A DNA stretch of 64,000 nucleotides from Leucoraja ocellata (lineage: Eukaryota). Under the pieces are notes generated by a model. The model was not told the DNA's origin, made no database searches, and saw only the letters and a list, made by a program, of their open reading frames with translations. Shown piece after piece: positions 63,056 to 64,000 of this stretch. Position 1 is the stretch's first letter. The number at the start of each line of letters is the position of its first letter. The stretch spans positions 1 to 64,000 of the forward strand of contig JAWMAR010000116.1 in assembly GCA_036785375.1 (NCBI GenBank), in the 5' to 3' direction. The position numbers were made by a program, and so were the translations under genes.

Positions 63056-63795
63056 GGGCTGTGGAGGTCAGGTCAATGGATGTTTTTAAGGTGGAGATTG
63101 ATTGATTCTTGATTAGTACGGGTGTCAGGGGTTGTGGGGAGAAGGCAGGAGTATGGGGTTGAGAGGGAAAGATAGATCAGCCGTGATTGAATGGCGGAGG
63201 AGACTTGATGGGCCGATCGGCCTAATTCTGCTCCTGCAACTTATTAACTTATGAATTAATTTTGTTAAAAGAAGATACCGTATAAGCTGCATTTCAAATG
63301 GTGTCCCAAGATGGGCTAAAAGGGATTGCACTAACTTCTGTGCAGCACATTGGGGTTGCTACGTTGGCTAAAAACCACAATAGCAAACGCTACTATGTCT
63401 TTTAAAATCCATTGTGTGGTCTTCCCTCCATCATGTTTCGCCCCTATATGTGGAACTCCCCTGGGAAGCCATTCTATGTCCATTTCACAGGTTACTATGA
63501 CCCAAGCTCAGGATCTTCCAACCTTTAGACCACAATATCCCGTGTTTTTCAGCTCCAGTGGTGTCCTGCATTAATGTCTTTGCTCATTCAGCTGGAAGAT
63601 ATACCTGAAAGAACAGACACTTTATCCCCCTCTTCCGCTAACCCTTCTGGACATATATCAATTAGACAGGTACATGGATGGATAGGACAGGTTTAGAAGG
63701 ATATGGGCAAAAGCAGGCAGGTGCGACTAGTGTAGATATGACATGCTGGTTGGTATGGGCAATTTGGGCCAAAGGGCCTGTTTCCACACTGTATG
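63056..63795 (+). mobile_element. CR1 3' fragments (63056-63250 and 63661-63795)
   Basis: Match the other CR1 3' UTRs in the window. Confidence 0.75.
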
Positions 63796-64000
63796 AGTAT
63801 TTGATTTGATTTGATTCAACTTTATTGTCATTGCACAAATACGAGTACAGGTACAACAAAATGCAGTTTAGCGTCTGGTCAGAGTGCAAGATAGTAGAAA
63901 TAAAAAATACTGGTTAAACAATATGTCCACTGTGGATGAATTAAACTGGTACACAGTTAAAATAAAAGGTAGACACAAAATGCTGGAGTAACTCAGCAGG

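Noticed and set aside
63003-63066. Candidate next IGSF5 exon (DDSDSPEIVKRTGDNYNCGLW)
   Set aside because: In frame after an AG, but the polypyrimidine tract is poor, it does not resemble recalled IGSF5 tails, and its donor lies inside a CR1 fragment.
36900-64000. Apparent loss of intact sense-strand hammerheads inside the gene (selection against self-cleavage)
   Set aside because: Most changes hit CpG sites, copies outside the gene are equally decayed, one sense copy is intact (62503), and the numbers are too small.
1-64000. CRISPR arrays, rRNA genes or prokaryotic operons
   Set aside because: None seen; the window is vertebrate intronic and intergenic DNA, and most listed short ORFs are repeat-derived.

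Overview
Eukaryotic, repeat-rich genomic DNA, most likely from a cartilaginous fish (skate or ray), judging by the HE1-type V-SINEs, their CR1/HER1-type partner LINEs and abundant Penelope-like fragments. The only host gene I can support is an IGSF5 (JAM4)-like type I membrane protein on the + strand. Four coding exons splice in frame through phase-1 GT-AG junctions: signal peptide 36933-36978, IgV 43245-43559, second Ig 54584-54883 and transmembrane 61502-61621. The cytoplasmic-tail exons are not identified and probably lie beyond the window. Most other sequence is transposon-derived: CR1, Rex1/Babar, RTE and L1 LINE fragments, about 20 tRNA-derived SINEs, Penelope-like pieces with minimal hammerhead-ribozyme motifs, a near full-length Passport-like Tc1, a hAT MITE, an unclassified TIR element and a solo LTR. 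The most unusual object is a 3.3-kb Gypsy-derived insertion (57871-61155). It has a clean 5-bp target-site duplication (TSD), but its ends are 119-bp INVERTED copies of one LTR end, and its gag-pol is split into two divergent halves that are contiguous in the ancestral reading frame. Also notable: a Penelope insertion whose TSD duplicated the IgV exon splice donor, about 90-bp Penelope mini-insertions with a shared 3' end, and an overlapping uORF at the IGSF5 start. All family names come from recalled motifs, not database searches. Repeat boundaries without a TSD are approximate.
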